DNA of 61,027 nucleotides, filler included. It is 8 parts of 8 records of this genome, joined end to end, with 100 filler letters (N's around TTAATTAATTAA, not from the genome) between each part and the next. Parts side by side here need not be neighbours in the genome. Positions count along the whole stretch, not along the records: positions 1 to 17,952 come from SRR31147125_76363; positions 18,053 to 24,117 come from SRR31147125_76395; 6 more parts are not named here. One strand, written 5' to 3'. The notes beneath the pieces are model-generated. The model ran no database searches. It worked only from the letters and a program-made list of their open reading frames with translations, and had not been told where the DNA came from. How positions within the stretch are numbered: the stretch's first letter is position 1; every line of letters starts with the position of its first letter. Of the stretch, positions 8,815 to 18,102 are shown piece after piece. The position numbers and the translations under genes were made by a program.

Positions 8815-11800
8815 ATGACAAGTTCTAATCGGTACTTTAAACTGGTTTGTTTATTTGCTATAGTCTTGTTGGCCTTGTTTGTGCCGGAAATGGGAGTCCG
8901 GGCAGGCACGACTGGTAAGATTACAGGGGTTGTTCTTGATGCCGGATCGAACGAAGCACTACCCGGTGTCAATATTGTAATCGTTGGAACCACAATGGGT
9001 GCCTCAACAGATATGGAGGGTGGTTTTTTAATCCTCAATGTACCACCAGGAGAATATTCTCTCCGTGCAACAATGATGGGGTTTGGAGCTGTGGTACAAC
9101 AAGGTGTACGTGTGAACGTTGATAGAACCACCAATGTCGATTTTTCTTTATCTGCAGCTGTTCTTGATGTGGGTGAAGAAGTTGTCGTTACAGCGACCAG
9201 ACCTTTAGTGGAGAGAGATGTTCCTTCAAGTCAGATTGTAACGACAGCCGAACAAGCGGCAACTTTACCAGCATCTGAGTTCATCCAGACCGTTGCCCTG
9301 GAGCCTGGTGTTGAAATTGACAATCTGGAAGAGATTCGTATCCGTGGTGGTGGCAGCGACCAGATCAGTTTTCAGGTTGATGGCATGGAGCGTATGGACA
9401 GGCTCAATACCAGGGCCTATATTTCCATGAACTCTGCGGCCATAAGTGAAGTACAGATCCTCACTGGTGGTTTTAACGCAGAGTACGGTAATATCCGTTC
9501 CGGTATTTTTAACGTCATTACCAAAGAAGGTAGTCGACTTGTTTCTGGTGCGATAGATTATCGTTTTGGCCCGGCGCATCAAAAACATTTTGGTCCGGAA
9601 GCCTATGGTGATGATCAATACGATAATCTATTATATGGCACAGCCGCTGCCATGAATCCGGTCGTTGATGTAGAAGGTACACAGATTTGGCAAGGATGGA
9701 ATGCCAGAACAGATGCATTAAATAGTGCCAACTATATGGGCAAAAATGATTGGACTCCCCAAGAAATCCAGGATGTCTGGAGATGGCAAACTCGAGGTGT
9801 TGATTATACTGATCAAGGTGATCATTATTTAGACGCCGGAGTTGGCGGTCCCCTTAAATTTCTGGAAGGTCTTGGCCTAAAGGATGCAGGCTATTTTGTC
9901 GGATATAAATATACTCGTACAAGCCCGATTTTTCCAGTGCTGAGTAATGTTTATCAATCTGATGCAAAAGAATTTAAAATGAGCTTTAAACCTCATCATG
10001 CCATCAAGGTTGTACTTAACGGTCTTTATGGCAAGACAGAAACAACGACCAGTGGTAACTCATGGAATCCAAGTGGGTTGGATATGGCTGTTGTTCATGA
10101 AGGTGGAAATGAAGTTGGTAATGAAGGTATTACCGGACAGAATAAATACTATCAGTACACTGATTGTTTACTTGATGTATGGAATAAACAGATTGGTGCC
10201 AAAATGACCCATACCTTGAGTCCTTCCACCTATTATGAAGTAAAATATAACAGATTCTGGACTGACTCTGAGGCTGGGCGTGGTCGATCCCGCAGTAACC
10301 AAACCTATCAAATTAAAACAATTGGTGGGGTGGCCTTTGACGAAGCACCGCTTGGCTGGCTTGATGAAGGAAGTAAATTTTTGGATCTGACCGGTAATTA
10401 TCTGCTGGGCGGAGGCGGAAGAGTTAAGGATACTTCCAATGTTGTCACGCAGAAAATTAACTTTGATATTACCAGCCAGGTAAACAAAAATAATCTGATC
10501 AAAGCTGGTTTTGAATATGAAGTGAGTGATCTGGAACGTAATTATGCCCGTATTGAAGAAGAGCAATTACTTTATGGTGAATATGTCGCCTATAGCGAAA
10601 AACCAACAAGATATGCCGCCTATATTCAGGACAAGCTGGAGTATGGTGGTATGATCGCCAATATTGGTCTTCGTATTGATCATTTTGCTTCAAACGGTGT
10701 CATATTTGAACCGGATAATATTTATTCTGCTCTCTTCAAAAGAGGTGGCTCAAACGGTATGACATCAGTCGATGACATTCCCCAGGAAGATGCCGAATCC
10801 TATACCTATATTTCTCCACGTATCGGATTTTCACACCCAGTTCGTCAAAATACCAAATTCTTCTTTAATTATGGTATGTTCTATTCCGAACCTTCTAACG
10901 GCACGCGATATGGGCTTTATAATGAGCACAGAAACTTTGGTGATCCTATGGCCGATATTCGCTGGGTAGGTTACGCAAATCTGAAACCACCGCGAACGTC
11001 GATGTACGAAGTTGGATTTGAACAAAGTATTAGCAATGCTTATACAGTACGCGCCAGTTTCTATGCCAAAGATAACGAAGAGCAAATTTCCAACATCACT
11101 GTAAAAGGTTTGGCTGGAGGTCATAATACTGGTACATTCCTGATGGCAACAACAACTTCAGGTGCTGCAAGCTACAATACTCCTCGTAATAATGAATATG
11201 AGGACATTCGTGGTATTGAACTTAAGGTTCACAAACTTCGTGGTCGTTTTGTAACCGGTTTCATGAATTTAGACTATAATATCAGTACAAAAGGAAATTA
11301 TGGTGAACAGAGACTGAATCAGGATCCATTGGTTGGATACTACATTTTTTCCGCTCAGCAGGATAGACCGGAACCGGAACCCAAGTTTGTCGGAAATGTA
11401 GATTTCCATACGCCAGGTGATTGGGGCGCCATTAAAGGAGATTGGCGACTTAGTTTCATTCAGCGTTGGAATATGGGTAAAAAAGTCATCTATAATCCGA
11501 ACAACCTGCCAACTCGCGATGTCAGAACCCAATACTATTGGGTGGATTATTACACAACAAATTTACGTCTCACAAAAACAATCACTGTTGCGAAAACGAG
11601 ACTGAATTTATACATGGACGTAAATAATCTATTTAATTTCAAATATTTGAACTGGGCCGCCCTGAACAGTGATGAACGGGAAACCTATATCAACCAGGTT
11701 GTGGATGGAACAAATGGTCTTGGCAATGACATTGGTGATTACAAGGACGCTAATGGCAATGATGTATTTACTGAAAACTGGGTTGATAAAAGCGGCACCA

Positions 11801-11886
11801 ATAGAGCCCCAATCGCACCGACAAAAGATTTTGCTTTGTTCTTAAATCCGAGATCAGTCTTGTTGGGTGTTAAATTAGAGTTCTAA
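8815..11886 (+). CDS. TonB-dependent receptor (copy B)
   Basis: Aligns end to end with 196-3255; same plug and barrel motifs; ends LGVKLEF. Confidence 0.9.
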   Translation: MTSSNRYFKLVCLFAIVLLALFVPEMGVRAGTTGKITGVVLDAGSNEALPGVNIVIVGTTMGASTDMEGGFLILNVPPGEYSLRATMMGFGAVVQQGVRVNVDRTTNVDFSLSAAVLDVGEEVVVTATRPLVERDVPSSQIVTTAEQAATLPASEFIQTVALEPGVEIDNLEEIRIRGGGSDQISFQVDGMERMDRLNTRAYISMNSAAISEVQILTGGFNAEYGNIRSGIFNVITKEGSRLVSGAIDYRFGPAHQKHFGPEAYGDDQYDNLLYGTAAAMNPVVDVEGTQIWQGWNARTDALNSANYMGKNDWTPQEIQDVWRWQTRGVDYTDQGDHYLDAGVGGPLKFLEGLGLKDAGYFVGYKYTRTSPIFPVLSNVYQSDAKEFKMSFKPHHAIKVVLNGLYGKTETTTSGNSWNPSGLDMAVVHEGGNEVGNEGITGQNKYYQYTDCLLDVWNKQIGAKMTHTLSPSTYYEVKYNRFWTDSEAGRGRSRSNQTYQIKTIGGVAFDEAPLGWLDEGSKFLDLTGNYLLGGGGRVKDTSNVVTQKINFDITSQVNKNNLIKAGFEYEVSDLERNYARIEEEQLLYGEYVAYSEKPTRYAAYIQDKLEYGGMIANIGLRIDHFASNGVIFEPDNIYSALFKRGGSNGMTSVDDIPQEDAESYTYISPRIGFSHPVRQNTKFFFNYGMFYSEPSNGTRYGLYNEHRNFGDPMADIRWVGYANLKPPRTSMYEVGFEQSISNAYTVRASFYAKDNEEQISNITVKGLAGGHNTGTFLMATTTSGAASYNTPRNNEYEDIRGIELKVHKLRGRFVTGFMNLDYNISTKGNYGEQRLNQDPLVGYYIFSAQQDRPEPEPKFVGNVDFHTPGDWGAIKGDWRLSFIQRWNMGKKVIYNPNNLPTRDVRTQYYWVDYYTTNLRLTKTITVAKTRLNLYMDVNNLFNFKYLNWAALNSDERETYINQVVDGTNGLGNDIGDYKDANGNDVFTENWVDKSGTNRAPIAPTKDFALFLNPRSVLLGVKLEF

Positions 11887-11949
11887 TTTACCTGATTTTA
11901 TAACACCATGTCGGTTCAAATTATGATAAATAACAGGAGGAAGTTTAAT

Positions 11950-14010
11950 ATGAAGCGTATATTAATCATAACGGGGCTTTTTATCCTACTGGTAGCCTCG
12001 GTGTGGAATATGGCTTTCGCAAACACATCCGAAAACTTTATGAGAATCGGTAGGTTGTGGATGGTCTATGAATATGATGGTGCCGAGGGTTGGAGCAGTC
12101 AAGCTGCGTGGCCCGGAGGTTATCCCATTTCTGCTTTTAGTGGTATCAAAGAACTCTGGGACGGCAACATGAGAAAATTGGGAACGGTAGCCGGTTGTAA
12201 AGACTGGACCGGACCTAATGGCGTTTCCTACCCATACTGGACCTCCGGAATGTACCGGACCTATCATTATGAATATCTTACATATTGGATGCCCTGGGAA
12301 GATATGACGCAAAATTTCCCTGTTTCACAAAAAGAAATCCAGCGATGGACTCCGCCAAACGTCTATGTCGATGGTGTCAATATCATTGCTGACGGTGGAG
12401 ATAATTATCTGGAAGTTCACAATAATGCTGAAATTGATCCTAATCTGATCACAGAAAGATGTGTCGAGTCTGTGTGGGATTATAGTATGGGTGTCACCTA
12501 TACGCGTAGAGCTTATGGTTATAGCTCTAAAAAACATCAGGATTATAACTTGTGGGATGTCAATTTTAAAAATACCGGTCGTATTGACCAGACTCCCGAA
12601 TCCGATATTTTGAAGAATCAGACCATTAAGGATTTTTTCTGGGCTCAAACAGGAAATCCATGGAACTCTCATGCCGGTCGAAGTTATTCTTATGGTAACG
12701 GCAAGGATGATGAAGTTGGTGAGTTTGTTAAACCCTTTGATGATGACCGACGATTCTATCTGTTCTATGATGGTGATAATCCGGATTCTCCGCTTTCGGA
12801 CTGGGCAGACCCAAGTAATGATCCAAGATGGATCCGGTTGTTATCCCCGGCATGGATCATGTATGGTGCCTTACATGCTGATAAAAGTGCCAGCGATCCT
12901 TCACAGGACCTTACACAACCCAAGTCTACTTTTATAGGACACGAACGGAATTATGATTTGGGTAAAGTGCCTAAAACCATGCAGGAACAGTATGAATTCC
13001 TGTTTGAAAAAGGTGGTGAATATATTGATTGGCCACTAAATACACCACATCGTGAAATAGATGCCGCTATTAAAAGACCGAGCGGATATACCAGTTACGG
13101 GCCATATACAATGGCGCCTGGCGAAGATTTCAATCTGGTTTTTGTCTTTGCTGCCGGTGGTATCAGTATGGATGAATGTATTCGTTTGGGCAAAGAGGTA
13201 CAGAAAACAGAAGCCACTGGTGCGATTATGGATGAAGTTGAAACCGTATTCAAAACCGGAAGAGATTCTGTAATGAAAACAATGCAACTTGCTGAATGGA
13301 ATGTGAATGGCAGTAAGCCAGGCGGCAGGGGCAAATTTGATGTTCCTGATGCACCACGTCCCCCAGCCAATTTCTGGGTTCAAGCTGACGGTCCTAAAAT
13401 CGTTATTGAATGGAGTGATGAATCTGAACAAGAAGCAGATTTTGATACTGGTAATAATGATTTTGCCGGTTACCGGTTGTACAAAGCTATTGGAGCACGG
13501 GACAGCAGTTATAGCGTTATTTATGAAGGTACGGATCATCAATTTGTTGATACAAATGTCAGCTCTGGTACCCAATACTATTACTACCTGGTTGCTTATG
13601 ATACAGGAACGGAAAACTGGGAAGATGCCGGTGTGTCTTTGGAAAGCGGTCGCTATTATTGCTGGACCGGATGGGCTCCTGAGGGTGTAACACCGAAAAT
13701 AGCACCCATTTCCAGTGCTTCTGAATTGGAAAAGATTCGAGTAGTTCCGAATCCTTATAGTGCTGCGGGTAAAACTTTTGCAGGTGAAGCGGATAAAATT
13801 CTATTTACCGGATTGCCTGGCGAATGTACGATAGAAATATATTCTTCCGGAGGCAATTATGTTCACAAAATTGAACATACGAATGGAAGCGCTAATGAGG
13901 CCTGGGATCTGCGTACAGAATTCAACCAATACCTTGTCAGTGACGTGTATATTTACACTGTTACAAGTGACTTAGGTGAGCATGTTGGTAAATTCATTGT
14001 CGTTAGATAA
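11950..14010 (+). CDS. Secreted FN3/T9SS-CTD protein (copy B)
   Basis: Paralog of 3321-5405 (MRIGRLW..EYDGAEGWS; IRVVPNPYSAAGKTF..GKFIVVR); RBS AGGAGG. Confidence 0.8.
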   Translation: MKRILIITGLFILLVASVWNMAFANTSENFMRIGRLWMVYEYDGAEGWSSQAAWPGGYPISAFSGIKELWDGNMRKLGTVAGCKDWTGPNGVSYPYWTSGMYRTYHYEYLTYWMPWEDMTQNFPVSQKEIQRWTPPNVYVDGVNIIADGGDNYLEVHNNAEIDPNLITERCVESVWDYSMGVTYTRRAYGYSSKKHQDYNLWDVNFKNTGRIDQTPESDILKNQTIKDFFWAQTGNPWNSHAGRSYSYGNGKDDEVGEFVKPFDDDRRFYLFYDGDNPDSPLSDWADPSNDPRWIRLLSPAWIMYGALHADKSASDPSQDLTQPKSTFIGHERNYDLGKVPKTMQEQYEFLFEKGGEYIDWPLNTPHREIDAAIKRPSGYTSYGPYTMAPGEDFNLVFVFAAGGISMDECIRLGKEVQKTEATGAIMDEVETVFKTGRDSVMKTMQLAEWNVNGSKPGGRGKFDVPDAPRPPANFWVQADGPKIVIEWSDESEQEADFDTGNNDFAGYRLYKAIGARDSSYSVIYEGTDHQFVDTNVSSGTQYYYYLVAYDTGTENWEDAGVSLESGRYYCWTGWAPEGVTPKIAPISSASELEKIRVVPNPYSAAGKTFAGEADKILFTGLPGECTIEIYSSGGNYVHKIEHTNGSANEAWDLRTEFNQYLVSDVYIYTVTSDLGEHVGKFIVVR

Positions 14011-14080
14011 TCAGGTAGATCGAGGCGCTTTATCCGCGCTGTACGTTCTCCTTCAAATGATCAAAATGGAGGCAATACTC

Positions 14081-15094
14081 ATGAAAAAAATCTGGATTTT
14101 ATCTTTAATATTTATATTTATGGCCTCATTACCCTCTAACGCCGCTATGAAAAAGTTAGGTCAGGCTGGTATGACTTTTCTGACTATCGGTGGTAGTGCC
14201 AGAGCCACAGGTATGTCCGATGCATTTGGTTTTGCTAAAGGTGATTTGGCTAGTGTGTTTTATAACCCGGCAGGTTTGGCATCTGTTAACGGACGCGCTT
14301 TCCTGTTTAATTATACCAGTTGGGTAGCGGACATGAATGTAACCAATTTTGCCGCTTCCTATAATGCAAATTCTTGGGGTGTTTTCGCCCTGAATGCTCA
14401 GGTTATGGATTACGGTGATTTTGTCGGTACTGTTGTCGATGATACTGATCCAAAAGGTTATCAGGACGCTGATGTTGGTGATGTTGGTGGATTGTCCATT
14501 GGTTTATCATATGGATACCAAATGACCGATAAATTTGCTATCGGTGGTACCGCAAAATATGTTAATCAAAAGCTGGGCAATAATGACACCTATTCAGCCG
14601 GTGCCCTGGATGAGGCCGGTCATTTAAACAAAACCGACTGTTTTGCATTCGACTTTGGTACTCTTTATGATACGGGTATCAGAAGTCTGGCCGTACATAT
14701 GTCTATCCGCAATTATTCCGGTCAGCAGCTATATGAGAACGAAGAATTCCAGTTGCCACAGACATACAGAATCGGATTCTCGGCAAATATGTTTGAATTA
14801 CTGCCATTCTTGCCAAGTGCCGGAAATTCTCTTCTTCTTGATATCGAAGGTGTGGCTGCCCGCGATCGGGATGAATATCTTAATTTGGGCCTGGAATATT
14901 CCCTGATTGATATGCTTGATCTACGCGGTGGTTTTGCTTTTGAGCGTGCTCAAGATGGCACCGGTGGATTATCATTAGGTACGGGCCTAAAGCTGGATTC
15001 TCTTGGCTTTGGCGGACGTCTGGATGTTTCCTATAATGATTTTGGTAGCGTATTAGGTTCTGTTATGCGCGTATCCATTCAGGGTTCATTCTAG
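14081..15094 (+). CDS. PorV/PorQ-family beta-barrel (copy B)
   Basis: Paralog of 5474-6490 (MKKLGQAGMTFL.IGGSARA, VFYNPAGLA); start after GGAGG. Confidence 0.85.
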   Translation: MKKIWILSLIFIFMASLPSNAAMKKLGQAGMTFLTIGGSARATGMSDAFGFAKGDLASVFYNPAGLASVNGRAFLFNYTSWVADMNVTNFAASYNANSWGVFALNAQVMDYGDFVGTVVDDTDPKGYQDADVGDVGGLSIGLSYGYQMTDKFAIGGTAKYVNQKLGNNDTYSAGALDEAGHLNKTDCFAFDFGTLYDTGIRSLAVHMSIRNYSGQQLYENEEFQLPQTYRIGFSANMFELLPFLPSAGNSLLLDIEGVAARDRDEYLNLGLEYSLIDMLDLRGGFAFERAQDGTGGLSLGTGLKLDSLGFGGRLDVSYNDFGSVLGSVMRVSIQGSF

Positions 15095-15156
15095 CACATT
15101 CTGGTATTCGTGATGAGTTGTCATTGATATGAAAATCCTGATGGCAACATAATGAA

Positions 15157-15203
15157 ATAAAAAACGTCTTGTGTGCATAAAATAGCATACAAGACGTTTT
15201 TAT
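15157..15203 (+). terminator. Rho-independent terminator (copy B)
   Basis: AAAAAACGTCTTGTGTGC-loop-GCATACAAGACGTTTTT; same stem as 6541 with a different loop. Confidence 0.85.
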
Positions 15204-15522
15204 TTTAGGGGAATGAATAACAAAGAATCCACTGTTAACATATATACAATATGAGCTAAGGTTACCCTATGAAGTGCGTTGATAGAACCTTGTTCTCAAA
15301 AAAATCACATCATTGCTTAAAATCCAATAGTATTAGCCCTAATCATATACTTGATTAATTGAAAAGTTAATTACTCCAAAAGCCCCGCTTGAACGCAGAC
15401 AAACCGTTTCATCATGTGATGATATTTAAGCAAAAATGAATATAAATAAAATGCTCATTTGTAAAAATAGCATGTAGCATTTAGTGTGTTAAAAATTATT
15501 TTATTTATAAGGCATAATATAA

Positions 15523-15972
15523 ATGAAGAGTTTTTATGTTTCAGGCGGTGCCGTATGTTTGATTATTTTATCTTGTCTTTCAGAGAATAGAATAGAGCAA
15601 CCATCGGTTATTTCTATCGAAAAGTACCTCATTGGTTCATGGGGAAACGAACGACAAGATGTCCTGGGAGAAGCGGCCATTTACACTCTTCAAGAGAGGG
15701 TGATATTTAATGAGGAAAAGAATTGGTCCTCTGAGATGTTGTGGTTACGTGAAGAAAAACAAGTAGGAAAGGATGTTGAAAAGGGCACATATTGGCTAAC
15801 AGCCGATACCTTGTTTCGATTGGTACAATCTTCAACCATAACCTGGTCCGGTGGTGAAGTTAAGGAAGATTTTATTGTAAGTTGTAATATGGATTCACTA
15901 TGTCTTGCGCGAATTTCAATAAAAAATGATTCAACCTATTTGAAGCCAGTTATTCACTACTTGAGGTTATAG
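15523..15972 (+). CDS. Putative lipoprotein, lipocalin-like
   Basis: Lipobox-like IILSC; LIGSW and GTYW..DTL motifs reminiscent of lipocalin-like domains. Confidence 0.55.
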   Translation: MKSFYVSGGAVCLIILSCLSENRIEQPSVISIEKYLIGSWGNERQDVLGEAAIYTLQERVIFNEEKNWSSEMLWLREEKQVGKDVEKGTYWLTADTLFRLVQSSTITWSGGEVKEDFIVSCNMDSLCLARISIKNDSTYLKPVIHYLRL

Positions 15973-16085
15973 TTGTAACGTATTTATTAGCAAGGAACAC
16001 AAATATGAGCGGATAAAATTCGTTATTATTGAAAGAGTATACGGCTTTTAAAAAATAACTTTTAAATTTTATACTAAAAAATGAC

Positions 16086-16114
16086 TTGACAAATATATAA
16101 GGTTTAACTAATTT
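16086..16114 (+). promoter_or_regulatory. Sigma70-type promoter for the second GWxTD gene
   Basis: TTGACA-17nt-TAATTT, positionally equivalent to the promoter at 6772. Confidence 0.5.
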
Positions 16115-16377
16115 TATTTAGAAATACATACATTATTGATGATTGAATCATATAGTATGTTTTCCCATACCGTTGCGATCCCTACATAACAGCGAAATAT
16201 CCTATCACACTTTCCTTTAGGCTACCACTCCGTATTCCTTTGTTGTAGAATTAGTCTGTAATAAGTAATCCTCCGAAAGAATTTCTGCAGTTAAAAATCA
16301 CAACTTGTTAGGCCATTAATCAGATTGAAAAATTATACATCTCGTTTAATTTTTTATAATTCAGGAAATGGCTTAAA

Positions 16378-17746
16378 ATGATACCAGAACTAAAAAACAA
16401 AATTATTTCCACGGCAATTATTTTTATTTGTGGATTTTCTTTTATTGTTTATGCTCCGTCACACTCATTTCCAGATCAAAGTGTTACGAATCCTTATTTT
16501 TGGATAGACGTGGGGATTTTTCAAAGAAGTGAGCAACAAGCCTTGATTGAATTTTATTATTCTTTTTCTTTGAATGAACTCTCTTTTGATAATATGTCCG
16601 GGGAAATCCTTGCATCTTTTTCTTTTTCAATTTCTATTAAGGATTCCGCAAATAAAACTGTTTTTACAGAATCGAGAAATAGAAGAGCACGTGCTGCATC
16701 ACAGGCGGATGTCAGTGATAAGAGCAAAGGGATTATCGATCTATTTACCTTTAACCTGAAGCAAGGAGACTATTCATTTGAATGTGAATTAACAGATAAA
16801 AGTACAAAAGCAACGAGCAAGATTAGCGGTTCCTTCACTGTTCCTCCATTTATTGGCCAACTTTGCATAAGTGAACTGCAAATGGCCTCACTCATCTCCT
16901 CAGACTTGTCGAATACTCTATTTGTCAAAGGAAATCGTTTGGTCATCCCAAAACCCTCACGTCGATACAAATGCCATCATTCCCTTCTTTATCTTTATTA
17001 TGAAGTTTATAATCTTGTTACAGGTAATGATTCAAGCAAGATCTTATTCCAGGTTAGCTATTCAATCACAGATTTGGATAACAATAAACTCCTTGAGGTG
17101 CCTGTGAAATCCATAAATAAACCCGGTACCTCCTGTATTAAAATGCAAGCTTTTGATATTCGTGGGTTTGAACCCGGAGAGTATATCCTCAACATTAAAG
17201 CTTTTGATCCTGCTTCGGGTCAATCCGCTTTTAAACAGAAAACATTCGATCTATGAGCCAGAACAAGATACCATGCTTTTAGCGATGACCAGCGAGGATA
17301 TTCAGAATTATCGCGATCAGATCAAATATCTTGCCACAAAGGAAGAACTGGAACTATTTGATGATCTCGCTTCGGAAGGTAAAGAGAAATTTTTAATCAA
17401 TTTTTGGCGCTCAAGAGATCCTGAACCAGAGACTCCTGAAAATCAATTCATGTTAGATTATTTTAGTCGAATAGATTATGCTAATAAGCATTTTAAAGGT
17501 AAAGCTAAAGGTATGAATACAGATATGGGACGAGTTTTTATTATGTATGGTCAGCCCGATGACATTGAAGATCATATTTGGGAAATGGGGAAAAAACCTT
17601 ATGCTATTTGGCATTATTTCGCTGCTGGCCGAAGACACGATTTTGTTTTTGTCGACAGGAACAATGAAGGTATTTATACATTAGTGCATTCAACAGTGGA
17701 GGAAGAGATTAAGAACGAAAATTGGATGCAGCAAGAAATAAACTAA
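16378..17746 (+). pseudogene. GWxTD domain protein, second copy, frameshifted at about 17248 (ORFs 16378-17256 and 17153-17746)
   Basis: Both halves align to 6941-8314. The junction reads ACA TTC G ATC TAT GAG where the paralog has T-F-W-V, consistent with a 2-nt loss. It could be real or an assembly error. Confidence 0.7.
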
Positions 17747-17751
17747 ATTTA

Positions 17752-17828
17752 GAAAGGAGGTGATAAACTGGAAAAATTTTGTTTTAAAAATTATTAATGC
17801 AAACATGACATTCATAAAGGAGGTGATG
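17752..17828 (+). promoter_or_regulatory. Tandem orphan Shine-Dalgarno motifs (second occurrence)
   Basis: GAAAGGAGGTGAT at 17752 and AAAGGAGGTGATG at 17816; no long ORF before the contig ends. Confidence 0.55.
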
Positions 17829-17952
17829 TACAGCAAAATAACAGAGTGAAAAAAAATAATGTCAACTTTATATGGTAAATTTTCAAGGGAAGGAATTTAA
17901 GGTTTTAAAGACTTTTTCAAGCATGGTTTCAGATTCCAAAGTGACTTTTATT

Positions 17953-18052
17953 NNNNNNNNNNNNNNNNNNNNNNNNNNNNNNNNNNNNNNNNNNNNTTAA
18001 TTAATTAANNNNNNNNNNNNNNNNNNNNNNNNNNNNNNNNNNNNNNNNNNNN
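17953..18052. other. Artificial contig spacer
   Basis: N44-TTAATTAATTAA-N44, with stops in all six frames. Confidence 0.99.
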
Positions 18053-18102
18053 CTCCATGAATGGAGAGGGGGAGTTTGGGTCAGTTATTTCGGACTCATT
18101 CC

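Noticed and set aside
17997-18008. Recurrent TTAATTAATTAA as a biological repeat or CRISPR-like element
   Set aside because: It is always flanked by exactly 44 N on each side, so it is an artificial six-frame-stop linker. ORFs ending or running through XXX..LIN are artefacts of it.
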